Origin: Octopus vulgaris
Taxonomy: Eukaryota
Reading direction: 5' to 3'
Assembly: GCA_951406725.2 (NCBI GenBank)
Contig: OX597824.1
Location: 85,684,001-85,748,000 of the forward strand
DNA length: 64,000 bases
The position numbers were made by a program, and so were the translations under genes. Position 1 is the first letter of the stretch; each line of letters opens with the position of its first letter. This document shows positions 36,761-46,300 of this stretch, piece after piece. The notes below the pieces were generated by a model. That model saw nothing but the letters and a program-made list of their open reading frames with translations, made no database searches and had not been told where the DNA came from.

Positions 36761-37524
36761 AACACACATATATTTATACACACACACACACATATATATA
36801 TAGGGAGAGTTTACGAAAAAAACAAGACAAAGACAGGTGGTGTACAAAACAAACAGATGTTTTAGTATAATGCTCAGGAATTGAAAAAGTCTTTTACGTT
36901 TCGAGCCTATGCTCTTCTACAGAAAGAAACAAGGAGAGAAAAAAAAATGTGTGTAGTGGCTAACGATATACAAGTGTCTCTTACTCTAACCCTTGGGCCA
37001 AACCAATGCCTTAAGAGTGAATTTTATAAATGGAAACTGTGTAAAAGCTCATTGTGTGTGTGTGTGGCCTCACCACTTGATAACTGGTGTTAGTTTGTTA
37101 ACATCCCATAACCTAGCAGTTCAGTGAAAGAGACCAGTAGCGTAAGTACTAAATTCAGAGAAATTTTTTTTTTAAAAAAAACAGGACTGTAATTGATTTA
37201 TTTAACTAAACACTTCAAGGCAGTGCTCCAGCATGGCCACAGTCCAATGACTGAAACAAGCAAAAGATAAAAAAGACAGCAATGATAACCTGAGGTGCAT
37301 GATCCACACACACACGCAATATTACTAAATCTATGTGTAAAAACTGGAAGTAGAACATATTCCCAGTGACAACAGAGCTGCCAATTTATGGCAGCAGTTT
37401 CGCAATAATGCTTGGAATTCTTCCAAATTTGCAATTTAGGGCTGCTATTGAGTAATCGTAATTTCTTTTTATTTACTTCCTTTTTTTTCCTCGCTTTTCA
37501 ATTCTCTTCTTACTGCGACGACAT
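281..37524 (-). CDS. IARS1: Isoleucyl-tRNA synthetase, cytoplasmic; spliced gene span, 28 coding exons in window, 3' end beyond left edge
   Basis: Joined exons give a continuous frame with [76 protein letters not shown] and [17 protein letters not shown]. All introns are GT-AG with matching phases. Confidence 0.97.
1032..1127 (-). CDS. IARS1: IARS1 exon 27 ([32 protein letters not shown])
   Basis: tttag| and |gtgagt; 96 nt. Confidence 0.96.
1170..1434. mobile_element. hAT-type MITE
   Basis: Termini cagtggttctcaa ... ttgagaaccactg. Confidence 0.7.
1808..2095 (-). CDS. IARS1: IARS1 exon 26 ([26 protein letters not shown]...YEAHYDND)
   Basis: aacag| and |gtaagt; 288 nt. Confidence 0.95.
2210..2606 (+). 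mobile_element. tRNA-derived SINE, family A (CORE-like body, internal TA/TG microsatellite); further copies at about 6877-7279(-), 13358-13771(+), 36315-36710(-), 40368-40752(-), 46706-47120(+), 52936-53240(+), 54280-54670(-), 54690-55100(-)
   Basis: Head ggcgtaggagtggctgtgtggtaag (A box) ... ggttcagtccc (B box), then caccttgggcaagtg, tail gaaacaagtaaaagagta; many near-identical copies in the window. Confidence 0.88.
2701..2784 (-). CDS. IARS1: IARS1 exon 25 ([28 protein letters not shown])
   Basis: tgcag| and |gtaaga; 84 nt. Confidence 0.95.
3128..3338. mobile_element. Foldback MITE with about 80-bp terminal inverted repeats
   Basis: ggatcttttc...cttcgtatagtggtagaa is the reverse complement of ttctaccagtatacgaag...gaaaagatcc. 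Confidence 0.8.
3507..3609 (-). CDS. IARS1: IARS1 exon 24 ([34 protein letters not shown])
   Basis: tccag| and |gtatca; 103 nt. Confidence 0.95.
4222..4447 (+). mobile_element. SINE family B; further copies at about 16005-16236(-), 16971-17430(+), 18071-18560(+, triple head), 21608-21839(+), 23918-24330(+, dimer), 25171-25557(-, dimer), 33150-33275(-), 51196-51424(-), 59895-60311(-, dimer)
   Basis: Head gctggcagaaacgttagc ... gagttcaaattcc (B box), central gcctttcatcctttcggggtcga, tail aaagaaat; 16-bp TSD atgggttagaccagtg at 4206-4221 and 4448-4463. Confidence 0.9.
4459..4604. mobile_element. hAT-type MITE
   Basis: cagtggtt...aaccattg with 8-bp TSD ggttagac at 4451-4458 and 4605-4612. Confidence 0.8.
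5105..5390. repeat. Polypurine (GAG/GAA) low-complexity tract
   Basis: Direct inspection; explains the poly-E, poly-P, poly-S and poly-R ORFs. Confidence 0.95.
5546..5667 (-). CDS. IARS1: IARS1 exon 23 ([40 protein letters not shown])
   Basis: ttcag| and |gtaagt; 122 nt. Confidence 0.95.
6140..6655 (+). mobile_element. Degenerate RTE-clade LINE 3' fragment
   Basis: WGAFWK...[17 protein letters not shown]...[11 protein letters not shown] resembles the post-RT region of RTE elements; frameshifted. Confidence 0.8.
7560..7953. mobile_element. piggyBac-type MITE (internally duplicated copy); other copies at 17141-17361, about 22484-22650 (partial), 41471-41686, about 41810-42015, 60562-60784, 60841-61061, 63151-63374
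   Basis: TTAA|CCCTTT ... AAAGGG|TTAA termini and a shared AT-rich interior of about 220 bp. Confidence 0.88.
8083..8160 (-). CDS. IARS1: IARS1 exon 22 ([26 protein letters not shown])
   Basis: tttag| and |gtaagt; 78 nt. Confidence 0.95.
8864..8955 (-). CDS. IARS1: IARS1 exon 21 ([31 protein letters not shown])
   Basis: tgcag| and |gttagt; 92 nt; anticodon-binding domain. Confidence 0.96.
9840..10370 (-). mobile_element. Possible decayed Penelope-like element fragment (RT thumb to GIY-YIG region)
   Basis: GC-richer unique island; broken frames [10 protein letters not shown]..., SKYLLLG...[10 protein letters not shown] follow the spacing of Penelope C-termini, judged by eye only. Confidence 0.4.
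10706..10826 (-). CDS. IARS1: IARS1 exon 20 ([40 protein letters not shown])
   Basis: tgaag| (AAG acceptor) and |gtgagt; 121 nt. Confidence 0.92.
11175..11739 (-). mobile_element. Internally deleted mariner transposon
   Basis: About 30-bp TIR ttgggttgtccggaaa...gtgccgattt at both ends, TA TSDs. Transposase N-terminus [14 protein letters not shown] is fused out of frame to a C-terminus containing [16 protein letters not shown]. Confidence 0.95.
12154..12298 (-). CDS. IARS1: IARS1 exon 19 ([38 protein letters not shown]...)
   Basis: ttcag| and |gtaagt; 145 nt. Confidence 0.97.
13067..13150 (-). CDS. IARS1: IARS1 exon 18 ([28 protein letters not shown]), KMSKS-type motif
   Basis: tacag| and |gttagt; 84 nt. 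Confidence 0.97.
13937..14023 (-). CDS. IARS1: IARS1 exon 17 ([29 protein letters not shown])
   Basis: cacag| and |gtgagt; 87 nt. Confidence 0.96.
16427..16621 (-). CDS. IARS1: IARS1 exon 16 (IDHLTIPS...[22 protein letters not shown]...EGIDQTRGW)
   Basis: tgtag| and |gtaagt; 195 nt. Confidence 0.97.
16839..16912 (-). CDS. IARS1: IARS1 exon 15 ([25 protein letters not shown])
   Basis: tgtag| and |gtaggt; 74 nt. Confidence 0.95.
18628..18754 (-). CDS. IARS1: IARS1 exon 14 ([42 protein letters not shown])
   Basis: aatag| and |gtattt; 127 nt. Confidence 0.97.
18920..19355 (+). mobile_element. SINE family C with RTE-like tail and internal tandem repeats; other copies at about 535-895(-), 12620-12912, 14430-14865, 20385-20875, 22670-23112, 31733-32075(-), 44335-44535, 56088-56332, 61155-61522
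   Basis: Shared ggttggcgttaggaagggcatccag core, ccaacccatgctagcatggaaa end and (GAT)n tail. Confidence 0.85.
19391..19489 (-). CDS. IARS1: IARS1 exon 13 ([33 protein letters not shown])
   Basis: ttcag| and |gtatgt; 99 nt. Confidence 0.95.
19967..20058 (-). CDS. IARS1: IARS1 exon 12 ([31 protein letters not shown])
   Basis: accag| and |gtaaga; 92 nt. Confidence 0.96.
21216..21338 (-). CDS. IARS1: IARS1 exon 11 ([41 protein letters not shown])
   Basis: cacag| and |gtaggt; 123 nt. Confidence 0.96.
22230..22328 (-). CDS. IARS1: IARS1 exon 10 ([33 protein letters not shown])
   Basis: tttag| and |gtgagt; 99 nt; GTG editing motif. Confidence 0.96.
24796..24856 (-). CDS. IARS1: IARS1 exon 9 ([20 protein letters not shown])
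   Basis: tctag| and |gtaagt; 61 nt; YxPLF motif. Confidence 0.94.
27009..27096 (-). CDS. IARS1: IARS1 exon 8 ([30 protein letters not shown])
   Basis: tccag| and |gtaatt; 88 nt. Confidence 0.94.
28032..28160 (-). CDS. IARS1: IARS1 exon 7 ([27 protein letters not shown]...), Thr-rich CP1 editing motif
   Basis: tacag| and |gtgtgt; 129 nt. Confidence 0.96.
28330..28575. repeat. (GAGT)n-derived microsatellite
   Basis: Direct inspection. Confidence 0.95.
28934..29445. mobile_element. Non-autonomous Tc/pogo-type DNA transposon; partial second copy at 55645-55787
   Basis: TA|ccgtaaatcctcgagtata ... tatactcgaggatttacag|TA inverted termini. Confidence 0.85.
29709..29793 (-). CDS. IARS1: IARS1 exon 6 ([28 protein letters not shown])
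   Basis: ttcag| and |gtaaat; phase 1 fits the next exon. Confidence 0.93.
29858..30240. repeat. Compound minisatellite [CTAGTC(A/G)(TG)n] tandem array
   Basis: About 18 units with variable TG length. Confidence 0.95.
30586..30720 (-). CDS. IARS1: IARS1 exon 5 ([28 protein letters not shown]...YKGYK)
   Basis: ttcag| and |gtaatt; 135 nt. Confidence 0.96.
30948..31441 (+). mobile_element. CR1-type LINE 3' fragment (same family as 56500-57220)
   Basis: Near-identical to 56708-57200; NTRGH...[14 protein letters not shown]; (ATT)n tail. Confidence 0.9.
32902..33021 (-). CDS. IARS1: IARS1 exon 4 ([16 protein letters not shown]...YSKEWK)
   Basis: accag| and |gttcgt; 120 nt. Confidence 0.95.
33486..33642 (-). 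CDS. IARS1: IARS1 exon 3 ([18 protein letters not shown]...GWDCHGLPV), HIGH motif
   Basis: tgcag| and |gtaagt; 157 nt. Confidence 0.97.
34620..34900. repeat. 16-bp minisatellite (GGATGGAGAGAGAGGT)n
   Basis: Direct inspection. Confidence 0.95.
35107..35235 (-). CDS. IARS1: IARS1 exon 2 ([43 protein letters not shown]); second ATG at 35225
   Basis: Acceptor tttttag|, donor AG|gtaagg; matches the IleRS N-terminal FPxEEEKIL motif. Confidence 0.93.
35351..35570. mobile_element. Second piggyBac-type MITE family; relatives at about 24345-24560 and 57505-57693
   Basis: TTAA|cccttt ... aaaggg|TTAA with a different interior. Confidence 0.75.
36890..36927 (-). ncRNA. Minimal type I hammerhead ribozyme-like motif inside an element of about 170 bp (36800-36968)
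   Basis: Minus strand: UCUUU-CUGUAGA-A-GAGC-AUAG-GCUC-GAAA-CG-UA-AAAGA. Stem I and stem II are perfectly paired, with a GUA cleavage triplet. Confidence 0.6.
37514..37524 (-). CDS. IARS1: IARS1 probable coding exon 1 (MSSQ)
   Basis: aaaacaATGTCGTCGCA|gtaaga. Phase 2 joins in frame to the acceptor at 35235 (CA|G GTT CAA TCT ATG). Confidence 0.65.
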
Positions 37525-37529
37525 TGTTT

Positions 37530-37930
37530 TGGCTGAAGGACCAGAGAGCAAACAAGAGGGTGTGAGAAGGAGGTGGAGTTTAATAAAATAAAATAAAAAA
37601 ATGAAGGTGGGAGAGTAGGAGGAGAAGTAATAAACGCTAAAAGATTAATGAGAAACTCCTCCTTCCCACCTCCCAATCCCCACCCACCCAGCACATACAC
37701 GGAGATACAAACTTGTGTGAAACTGAATGGAAAGTTATGGCAGTTTGACATAAAACAGCATAATAAACCAGTTATTGCAATATGATTCATCTCTTCAAAC
37801 TACCACCAAAATATTGAACCTATTGCTGACCTCTTACGACCTCATTAATTAGAAGATACTATTTAAAACTCAGCAGAAGTAATCGCCCGCTCTTTCGGCC
37901 CCCGCACCACCTCCCATGTTAGATTAGGTT
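37530..37930 (-). promoter_or_regulatory. Probable IARS1 promoter / 5' leader region
   Basis: Unique sequence immediately upstream of the first ATG exon, with a pyrimidine-rich leader and a small CpG/GC-box patch at 37880-37915. Confidence 0.4.
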
Positions 37931-38059
37931 TTTGGGTGCACCAAGAAAGAAGCCTGTTTCAATTCTTCTTGATCTAAAAATAGACACAGGGAAAACAACT
38001 TTCTATTTACTGTCCCTTTTTATTTACCTTCTATGAACCCAAGAGAGAATTTTGTTTTT

Positions 38060-38400
38060 AGTTAGTTAGTGAGTTAGTTAATTTTTGGCTCAAAAAGCAA
38101 AAAGCAAGGCCATGTAGGGGGACATGGAGTTATGTACAGGGTGGTGTTCATGTAAAGAGTTCAGGCCACTTGTGGGTCAAGGGAGACTTTGAACCGAGTG
38201 GCCGTTGGCATCTTCACCATCTCGTCCCGCAGCTTATTCCACGGATCCGCAACCCGGATGGAGAAAGCCCCTCTCCTTCGATTGAGATGAAATCATCGCA
38301 GATAGAGCTTTTCAGAGTGACCCCACAGCCGACGCTCTGGAGCAGGAGTGAAGAACAGCTCTTTTGAGAGGTTACACTTTCCACTTATGATGTTGTGGTT
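38060..38400 (-). mobile_element. CR1-type LINE 3' end, second family; shorter copy at about 50375-50545(+)
   Basis: Translates to ...GHSEKLYL...AFSIRVADPWNKL...FKVSLD; (TAAC)n tail. Confidence 0.85.
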
Positions 38401-38991
38401 ACACTTTCCACTTATGACAGCTCAGTACCGGAAGGGGCCTCTGTCATATGTGCAGGGCTGGACTAAGGGGCTTTTTGAAGCAAGATTTAGTAGCAGTTTC
38501 ACATGCATGTGAATCTCCCCTCTCTTGGCCATTGGTGTGGCACAAAGGAGAGGCCAACCATTTTAAGGCCAATACAGCTTCACACAAGTGTCGTCACAGA
38601 CAGAGCTTTTGAATTACAAACACAATTTATCTGACCTTTTTTTATTGACCTTACTCACACTTTCAAACTACCAAATTTTATTCAACCTGAGATTATGATA
38701 GAAGACACATGCTCAAAACTCCATGTAGTGAGTTTGAACCTAGGTCCTCGTGGTTGCAAAGGAAACTTCTTAACCACCCAACCATGCTTATGCTTACATA
38801 CATACTTCCATACATATGTGTGCATGGTTGTGGTAAGAAGTTTGCTTCCCAACCACATGGTTTGGCATTCAGTCCCACTTCATGGCACCTTGGACAAGCG
38901 CCTTCTACAATAGCCTTGGGCTGGCCTTATGAGAGGATTTGATAAATTGAACCTAAAAGAAGCCAATAATGTGTGTGTGTATAAATATATA

Positions 38992-39032
<41 letters not shown>

Positions 39033-39830
39033 ATATATATATATATATATGGCGTTAGGAAGGGCATCCAGCCGTAGAAACATTGCCAGATCAGACTGGG
39101 CCTGGTGCAACCTTCTGGCTTCCCAGACCCCAGTTGCACCGTCCAACCCATGCCAGCATGGAAAGAGGACGCTAAACGATGATGATGATGATGATATATT
39201 TATGTCTGTGTTTGTCCCACCCCTACACTTAATAAACAGTGTTAATTTGTTTACATACCTGTAACTTAGCAATTCAGCAAAAGGGACTAATACAATAAGC
39301 ACTGAGCCTTTAAAAAAATGAAATACTGGGTCAATTTGTTCAACTAAACCCTTCAAGGTGGTGCCCCAGCATGGCCGTGGTCCAATGAACAAAACCAGTA
39401 ATAGATAAAAGATGTACAGCAGAATTCAAAAACCTTGAAGAGATCCCTCAAAGCAATTTGGTTGATGCTTTAAGAGTCCCACCAATCCACTGCCTTGATT
39501 TGGTAACTTTTTTTTTTTATTGACCCCCACCAAAAGGGCAAAAGACAAAACTGACAAACCACAGTGGGATTTGAACTCCACACTGCCAAGAAATTGAACA
39601 GATATTGCAAAGTCATTCTATTCAATGCCTTTAATGACTCTGCCAGGTCATAGCATTAGCTTAGTGTCACAACCTCACAAAATACTTTCCATTCATATAA
39701 CTCCAACTCACTTCCTTGTAGCTGCCAGTGTTGACATGAACTTCTAAATGACATGTAGTCACAGTAGTAGGCATGCGTTGAGTAGTTTTGCAATGCAGTG
39801 CCCGTGACGTCACCTATGAACCATCGTCTC

Positions 39831-40054
39831 TACAATAGGATGCTGAAAAACTGCAGGCATTGGGTAAAAGAAAATACAGGAGGAGCAATCAATCATGATT
39901 TTTTATTCAACATATTCCTCTTCTCAGATTCACATACTTATTAAAGCGGTCCTTCAGTTTTACTAAGCCCTATAAAAGAACTCAGAAGGTTGAGCCCGCA
40001 ACCAGGCCTTTCAGGATACCCTTAAAGCCAGGAACTTTCCAGTACTCCCTCATA
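39831..40054. mobile_element. Degenerate mariner-type MITE
   Basis: Imperfect inverted termini (atgctgaaaaactgcaggc / gccaggaactttccagtac). Confidence 0.5.
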
Positions 40055-40134
40055 TGCATTTTAGGCTTGTTTTCCTTGTATTGAGACAATGTTATATTTA
40101 CACCAAGCAATTACAGAATTGGTACTGTTTAGAC

Positions 40135-40965
40135 CAGTGGTTTTCAACCAGGGTTCCGCCAGTACAGTCCAGGGGTTCCGCAAGAAGTTACAAAACTGCT
40201 AAAATCGGCAGTAATTTTTAATTCTCCTGTGCAGATATGTGTGCATAAGACTATTAAATTATTGCACAGGGGTTCCTCGAGTCAGTGGAATGTTTCCTTG
40301 GGGTTCCGCTCCAGCAAAAAGTTTGAAAAGCACTGGTTTAGACCAATGGTTATCAACTGGGTCCATATACTCTTTTAACTCTTTTGCTTGTTTCAGTCAT
40401 GCGACTGTGGCCATGCTGGAGCACCGCCTTTAGTCGAGCAAATCGACCCCAGGACTTATTCTTTGCAAGCCTAGTACTTATTCTGTCGGTCTCTTTTGCC
40501 GAACTGCTAAGTTACGGGGTGCGTAAACACACCGGCATCGGTTGTCAAGCGATGTTGGAGGGGACAAACACAGACACACATACATATATATATATATATA
40601 CATATATACGATGGGCTTCTTTCAGTTCCCGTCTACCAAATCCCCTCACAAAGCTTTGGTCAGCCCAAGGCAATAGTAGAAAACACTTGCCCGAGGTGCC
40701 ACACAGTGGGACTGAACTTGGAACCACGTGGTTCGTAAGCAAGCTACTTACCGAATTTTTTTTGTTAAAATTTATGAGCAATAAATTGGTTATACTTCCA
40801 CAATACACAAAATATCTAAACAGTTTTTTTTTAGTATAATTCTTAATGATATTTAATTCTAAAAATACAAATAGGATTTTTCAAACAAAGAATGACTATG
40901 AGGGTCCACCTGAGTAAAATAGGGAACAAAGGATTCCATAGGTAAAAAATGGTTGAGAAGCACTG
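40135..40965. mobile_element. Two tandem hAT-type MITEs (40135-40335 and 40344-40965, the second interrupted by a family A SINE)
   Basis: cagtggtt...gcactg termini; 8-bp site gtttagac/t at 40127, 40336 and 40966. Confidence 0.85.
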
Positions 40966-42216
40966 GTTTAGATTAATGCTTTGCCCACCCAAAGTGATCC
41001 TGGATCAAGAAATCTTATGCTTATAAGTATCCAATCCTTACCCCAAGCACCCAAAAGCACTTTGATAGACCTAATTTTTTAGTAAAACTATGCATGGATA
41101 AAACTATATAACTTATAATCAATGGTGTATTAATACACATGTAATTACTGTGTATGTATGCATGTGTGAGTGTACATATGTATATATGTATGTGAGCATA
41201 AGCACGGTTGAGTGGTTAAGTGGTTTACTTTGCAACCATGAAGATTTAGGTTCAAGTTCACTGAATGATTTTTCAGGCAAATATCTATCATAGCCTAGGG
41301 CTCACACAAACCTTGTAAGTAAAATAGAAGTGTCTGAAAATGAGTTGGAGGCCTATCAGATGGATTGTATTACATTTGTAATTCAAAGACCCAGCCTTGC
41401 CACATTGATTTGGCTGGAGAATTCTGTTAAGAGTACACATCTTTGAAGAACACAGCCACTTACATGTTAACCCTTTCGTTACTGTATTTATTTTGAGATG
41501 CTCTGTGCTTTAGTTACTTTAAATATAACAAAGAATTTAGTAAAATAACTTAGTTATCATTAAGCTAGTGTTAGGAACATAAATTGTGACTAAGGTTTGG
41601 TGGAAGATTTTAATTCAAAACTTATGAAAACAAAACATTTGTACTCAGAGCTAGAGCCGGTTTCAGCCAGGCTGGTAACAAAAGGGTTAAACACACCTCT
41701 ACATTTGGGCAGATGCACATTAGAAGCAATTGGAAGAGTGTGGATTGAAGGAAATTTAGGCTATTATTTCTAGCATATAGAGTGACTACATTGAGGTCTC
41801 CTCTTATGTTTTCTGTTGAGATGCTCTGTGTTTCTTTCAATTAATTTTAAATATAACAAAGAATTTAGTAAAATAACTTAGTTATCATTCAGCTAGTGTT
41901 AGGAACATAAATTGTGACTAAGGTTTGGTGGAAGATTTTAATTCAAAACTTATGAAAACAAAACATTTGTACTACAGAGCCAGAGATGGTTTCAGTCGGG
42001 TTGGTAACGAAAGGGTTAATCAAATAAGTAGGTACTTCAGTTAATTGGACAACTGAAAGCTCACCTGAAAAACTAATGAAGGATCCATCACAAGTGAATT
42101 ACATAGTCAACATTACATCTTGGCTCACACCTATAACTCAGTTATTTTTATTTATATACCATCCTAACAAAGCCATGTACACACGTGCACATCTATGTAT
42201 ACACATATACATGTAC

Positions 42217-42600
42217 GTGGAGGTGCAATGGCCCAGTGGTTAGGGCAGCGGACTCGCGGTCGTAGGATCGCGGTTTCGATTCCCAGACCGGGAGTTGTGA
42301 GTGTTTATTGAGCGAAAACACCTAAAGCTCCACGAGGCTCCAGCAGGGGATGATGGTGATCCCTGCTGTACTCTTTCACCACAACTTTCTCTCACTCTTA
42401 CTTCCTGTTTCTGTTGTACCTGTATTTCAAGGGGCCGGTCTTGTCACTCTCTGTGTCATGCTGAATATCCCCGAGAACTACGTTAAGGGTACACGTGTCT
42501 GTGGAGTGCTCAGCCACTTACACATTAATTTCACGAGCAGGCTGTTCCGTTGATCGGATCAACCGGAACCCTCGTCGTCGGAACCGACGGAGTGCTTCCA
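42217..42600 (+). mobile_element. tRNA-derived SINE family D; related heads/copies at about 1550-1622, 25890-26188(-), 33884-34180, 44790-45056(-), 53565-53865(-), 59298-59600(-)
   Basis: tggcccagtggttagg (A box), gtttcgattccc (B box), shared body; TSD atacatgtac. Confidence 0.85.
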
Positions 42601-43039
42601 TACATGTACATATGTATGCATGCATTTATATATGTACATACACATGTATGTATTTATGCATGCATGCATGGGAAGCAGGATCTTTTATTATTACATTTAT
42701 AAATTAGTAAACACATCAAATGGGTTTTCATTTCTTTGCAACTAAACTAAATTCTATTTTGCAGGACAGGCAGACTCTTACGTTTTGGCCTGACTGTCAG
42801 CAGAAATATGCTGACTCGGACATTTGGCTCCTCCTTATTGCAGCAAATCAAATAGTTTATTGATTATATTGATTGGTGATATCTAGTCATGAGCACAGGA
42901 CCGACCACCCCAACTTTATTTACTTGTGTGGACAACATAATTTTACAGCAGTGTAGGGCATTCAACAACACTGAGACCACTACCAACACTACTACTACAA
43001 CTACTAGTAATAATAAAGTGTTGTACTCATTAATACGAT

Positions 43040-43390
43040 GACATCCGGTACTATAGCCACCACCATCGCTAGTTTGTACTATAACTAATATTGTAGTAAC
43101 CACTACCACTCCAACATCAAATACTGTAACCACCACTACCACCACCACAGTCCATACTGTAGCCACTACCACCACTATAATATCCATACTGTAGCCAGTA
43201 CTGTAGTAACTACTACCACCACAGCAGCCAGTCCTACAGCCACCACCACTGCGACAGCCAGTACTACAATCCCCACAACACCTACAACCAGTGTTATAAC
43301 CACCACCACCACCACAGTACAACCAGTGTTATAACCACCACCACACCACAGTCCATACTGTAGCCAGTATTGTAGTAACCACTACCACTA
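43040..43390. repeat. Cryptic (CCA/CTA) trinucleotide-rich repeat
   Basis: Direct inspection. Confidence 0.85.
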
Positions 43391-46300
43391 ATCACCTTTT
43401 TTCAGATCCTATTCAATTAAGTAAGCCTTTTTATTCTACTATAAATGGTTGTAATATTCCTTGCAATAAATCCTGATACACTGTAGCTATTTTGCATCTT
43501 ATTAGTCCACTTTATAATTGCCTCTGTTAATAACATTACCAAGATGAAGTTGAAAGTCTTTTTTTACAAAACAGGTTGTAAAATACCATCATCACCATAT
43601 TTAACATTCACTTTTCCATTCTTGCAAGGGGGCCGATGGAATTTGTCAAGGCAGATTTTCTACAGTCAAACACCCTTCCTGGTGCCAGCCCTCACCTGTT
43701 TCTCAGCAGCATAATATTTTCCATAACCATTGATAAATGAAAGGAAACAAATAACACCGCTTGTATGATGGTGATGCTCATTTACAACCATTGCATAATG
43801 TCTACACACAAACACACACACAATAGACATCTTTCTGTTTCTGTCAACCAAATCCATTCAACAGGTTTTGGTGGGCCCAAGGTTTTAGTAAAAGACACTT
43901 TTCTAAGATGCCGTGCAGTGGGACTGAACCCAGAACCACATGGTTGGGAAGTAAACTTCTCAACTGCACAGCTACTCCTGTGCCAATGAAAATAAATTGC
44001 TCTGATCTTGACACTGTGCTCTACAAATAGCGCACCTTAAATAGTAGATTATCTACTATATTTATATAACATACTTCACACAAAGCACTCTATGTGGGAC
44101 ATGACAACCATACAATAAGTTGTCTCTACAACATTACACAATTGACAACGCTACACTTCACACCACATACCCTGAATGCCATAATACACCCATTTGCACT
44201 TCATTTAATACGTTAACTGCTGTGGCCTGTTACTGAAACTTACTGGTAATGTCACATATTTCCGATCACACAGCATGCTGTTTAATTACAAGAGATTGTA
44301 ATTTGTTTTTGCATTTTTACAATATTTCATAATTACCGCCTGACTGGCCCTCATGCCGGTGGCATGTAAAAGCACGCACTACACTCTTGGAGTGGTTGGT
44401 GTTAGAAAGGGCATCCAGCTGTAGAAACCTTGCCAGATCAGACTGGAGCCTGGTGCAGCCATCTGGTTTGCCAGTCCTCAGTCAAATCGTCCCACCCATG
44501 CTAGCATGGAAAGCAGACGTTAAACGATGATGATGAAACTTTAATATTTAGCACTCATATTATTTAGATATCCTCAAGACCAAGTCAAAGATACAGAATA
44601 AAATATTTTCTCAAATTATGAAATTGTACCACCGGTGGTACATATGGCAGTTGTGTGAAGTTTGCGATGAACCACTGGTGGTACGGGTCGCAGTTAATGT
44701 GTTAACACACACAAATACCAGAGGACATGTTACACACTATAATGTATAATTCAAATAGTAGACATATGCTGGGACACAGATTTATTTTTATTTATGCACC
44801 TTTTTCAAGCCCAGCCAGGCTCATGGGCCCGGTTGGATGCCAGTCCATCGCAGCGTTACCCAAGAAACAGGAAGAAAGAGTGAGAGAGTTGGGGCGAAAG
44901 AGTACAATATGGGTCGCCACCACCCTCTGCCAGAGCCTCACGGAGCTTTAGGTGTTTTTGCTCAATAAACATTCACAACGCCCGGTCTGGGAATCGAAAC
45001 CACGATCCTACGACCGCGAGTCTGCTGCCCTGACAAATGGGCCATTGTGCCTCCACTGGGACACAGAATACTCAACAAATATATTCCACTGATTACCCCA
45101 CCAAGACCATAAAACACTGAGTAACACTGGCTATTGAAGAAACCTCCACAGAGTTGCCAGACCTGGTAGAAATAATAGCCAAATCCCATACCCAACAATT
45201 TTAAAATAGTACAGATTGGTGCAGGCATAACAGTGTGGTTAAGAAGCCTGAGGTTTCAGGTTCAAGTCCACTGCATGACATCTTAGGCAAGTGTCTTCTG
45301 GTGTAGATCCGGGTCAACTAATGCCTTGTGAATTTGGTAGATGGAAACTGTGTAGAAGCCTGTTTTGTGTGTGTGCGTGAGTGAGAGAGAGAGAGTTTGT
45401 CCCATTGCTTGACAACCAGCTGGTTTGTGTACATCCCTGTAGCTTAGCAGTTCAGCAAAAGAGATTAATAGAATAAGTACCAAATGTAAAAAACAAACAA
45501 AAAAAGTTCTGGGGTTCAACTAAGCCCTTCAAAGTGGTGCTGTGCTCCAGCATGGCTGCAGTTCAAAGACTGAAACAATTAAAAAGCTAAAGGATTGGAT
45601 AATGTTGTCCTAGATGGACAAAAAGACAGGATGGTCACCACTCTGGCACACACTTTTGATCATAGGTAAGCTAGATCAATAGTCGAGCCATGTTGCAGAG
45701 ATAAACAACATAATCATCATCATCATCATCAACAACTTATTTAGGAAAATGAAGCGCAAAAGCAAATCAGTTTCCAATGAATTATCAACGGAGATCTGAG
45801 TGAATCAGTTTCTAATCCAGTTGAACAAACACTGGGGAAAAAATGAAATAAAAATGTACATCAATTATTTCTTTACTAGTCTACTTTCAGCATCAGAGGA
45901 AAATAGCTTTTATTGGGAAACAATCTTAATCGCTAAATAAGTCAATTGTACAGATATGTAACCAACCGACCGTATCAGGCATAAAACATACACCACTGCA
46001 TCTGCAGGCAGATTTGCTCCATTAGCGGGCTTTCAGAGAAGGAAAGAAAAACGGCAACATGTATTTGCTTCAATTCACAATTAGATAAACTCAATGGGAG
46101 TGGATTTATTCCACTTTGTGAACCTTTAGTACTTATTATTTACTGATGTGGACCATCACTAGTTTCCCCGGATTCTGCTGTTTTGCTTTAATGGAAACCA
46201 CTTTGAATATTAAGGCGGGAAGGTCAGCAGGTTTTATAGCAAGACCTGAGAGCCGGAATAGCTACACAATGCATCTCCATCTCAAAACAAAGAACTGCAT

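Noticed and set aside
42217-42292. tRNA-like sequence with A and B boxes
   Set aside because: No paired acceptor stem; it continues into a repeated SINE body, so it is a SINE head rather than a tRNA gene.
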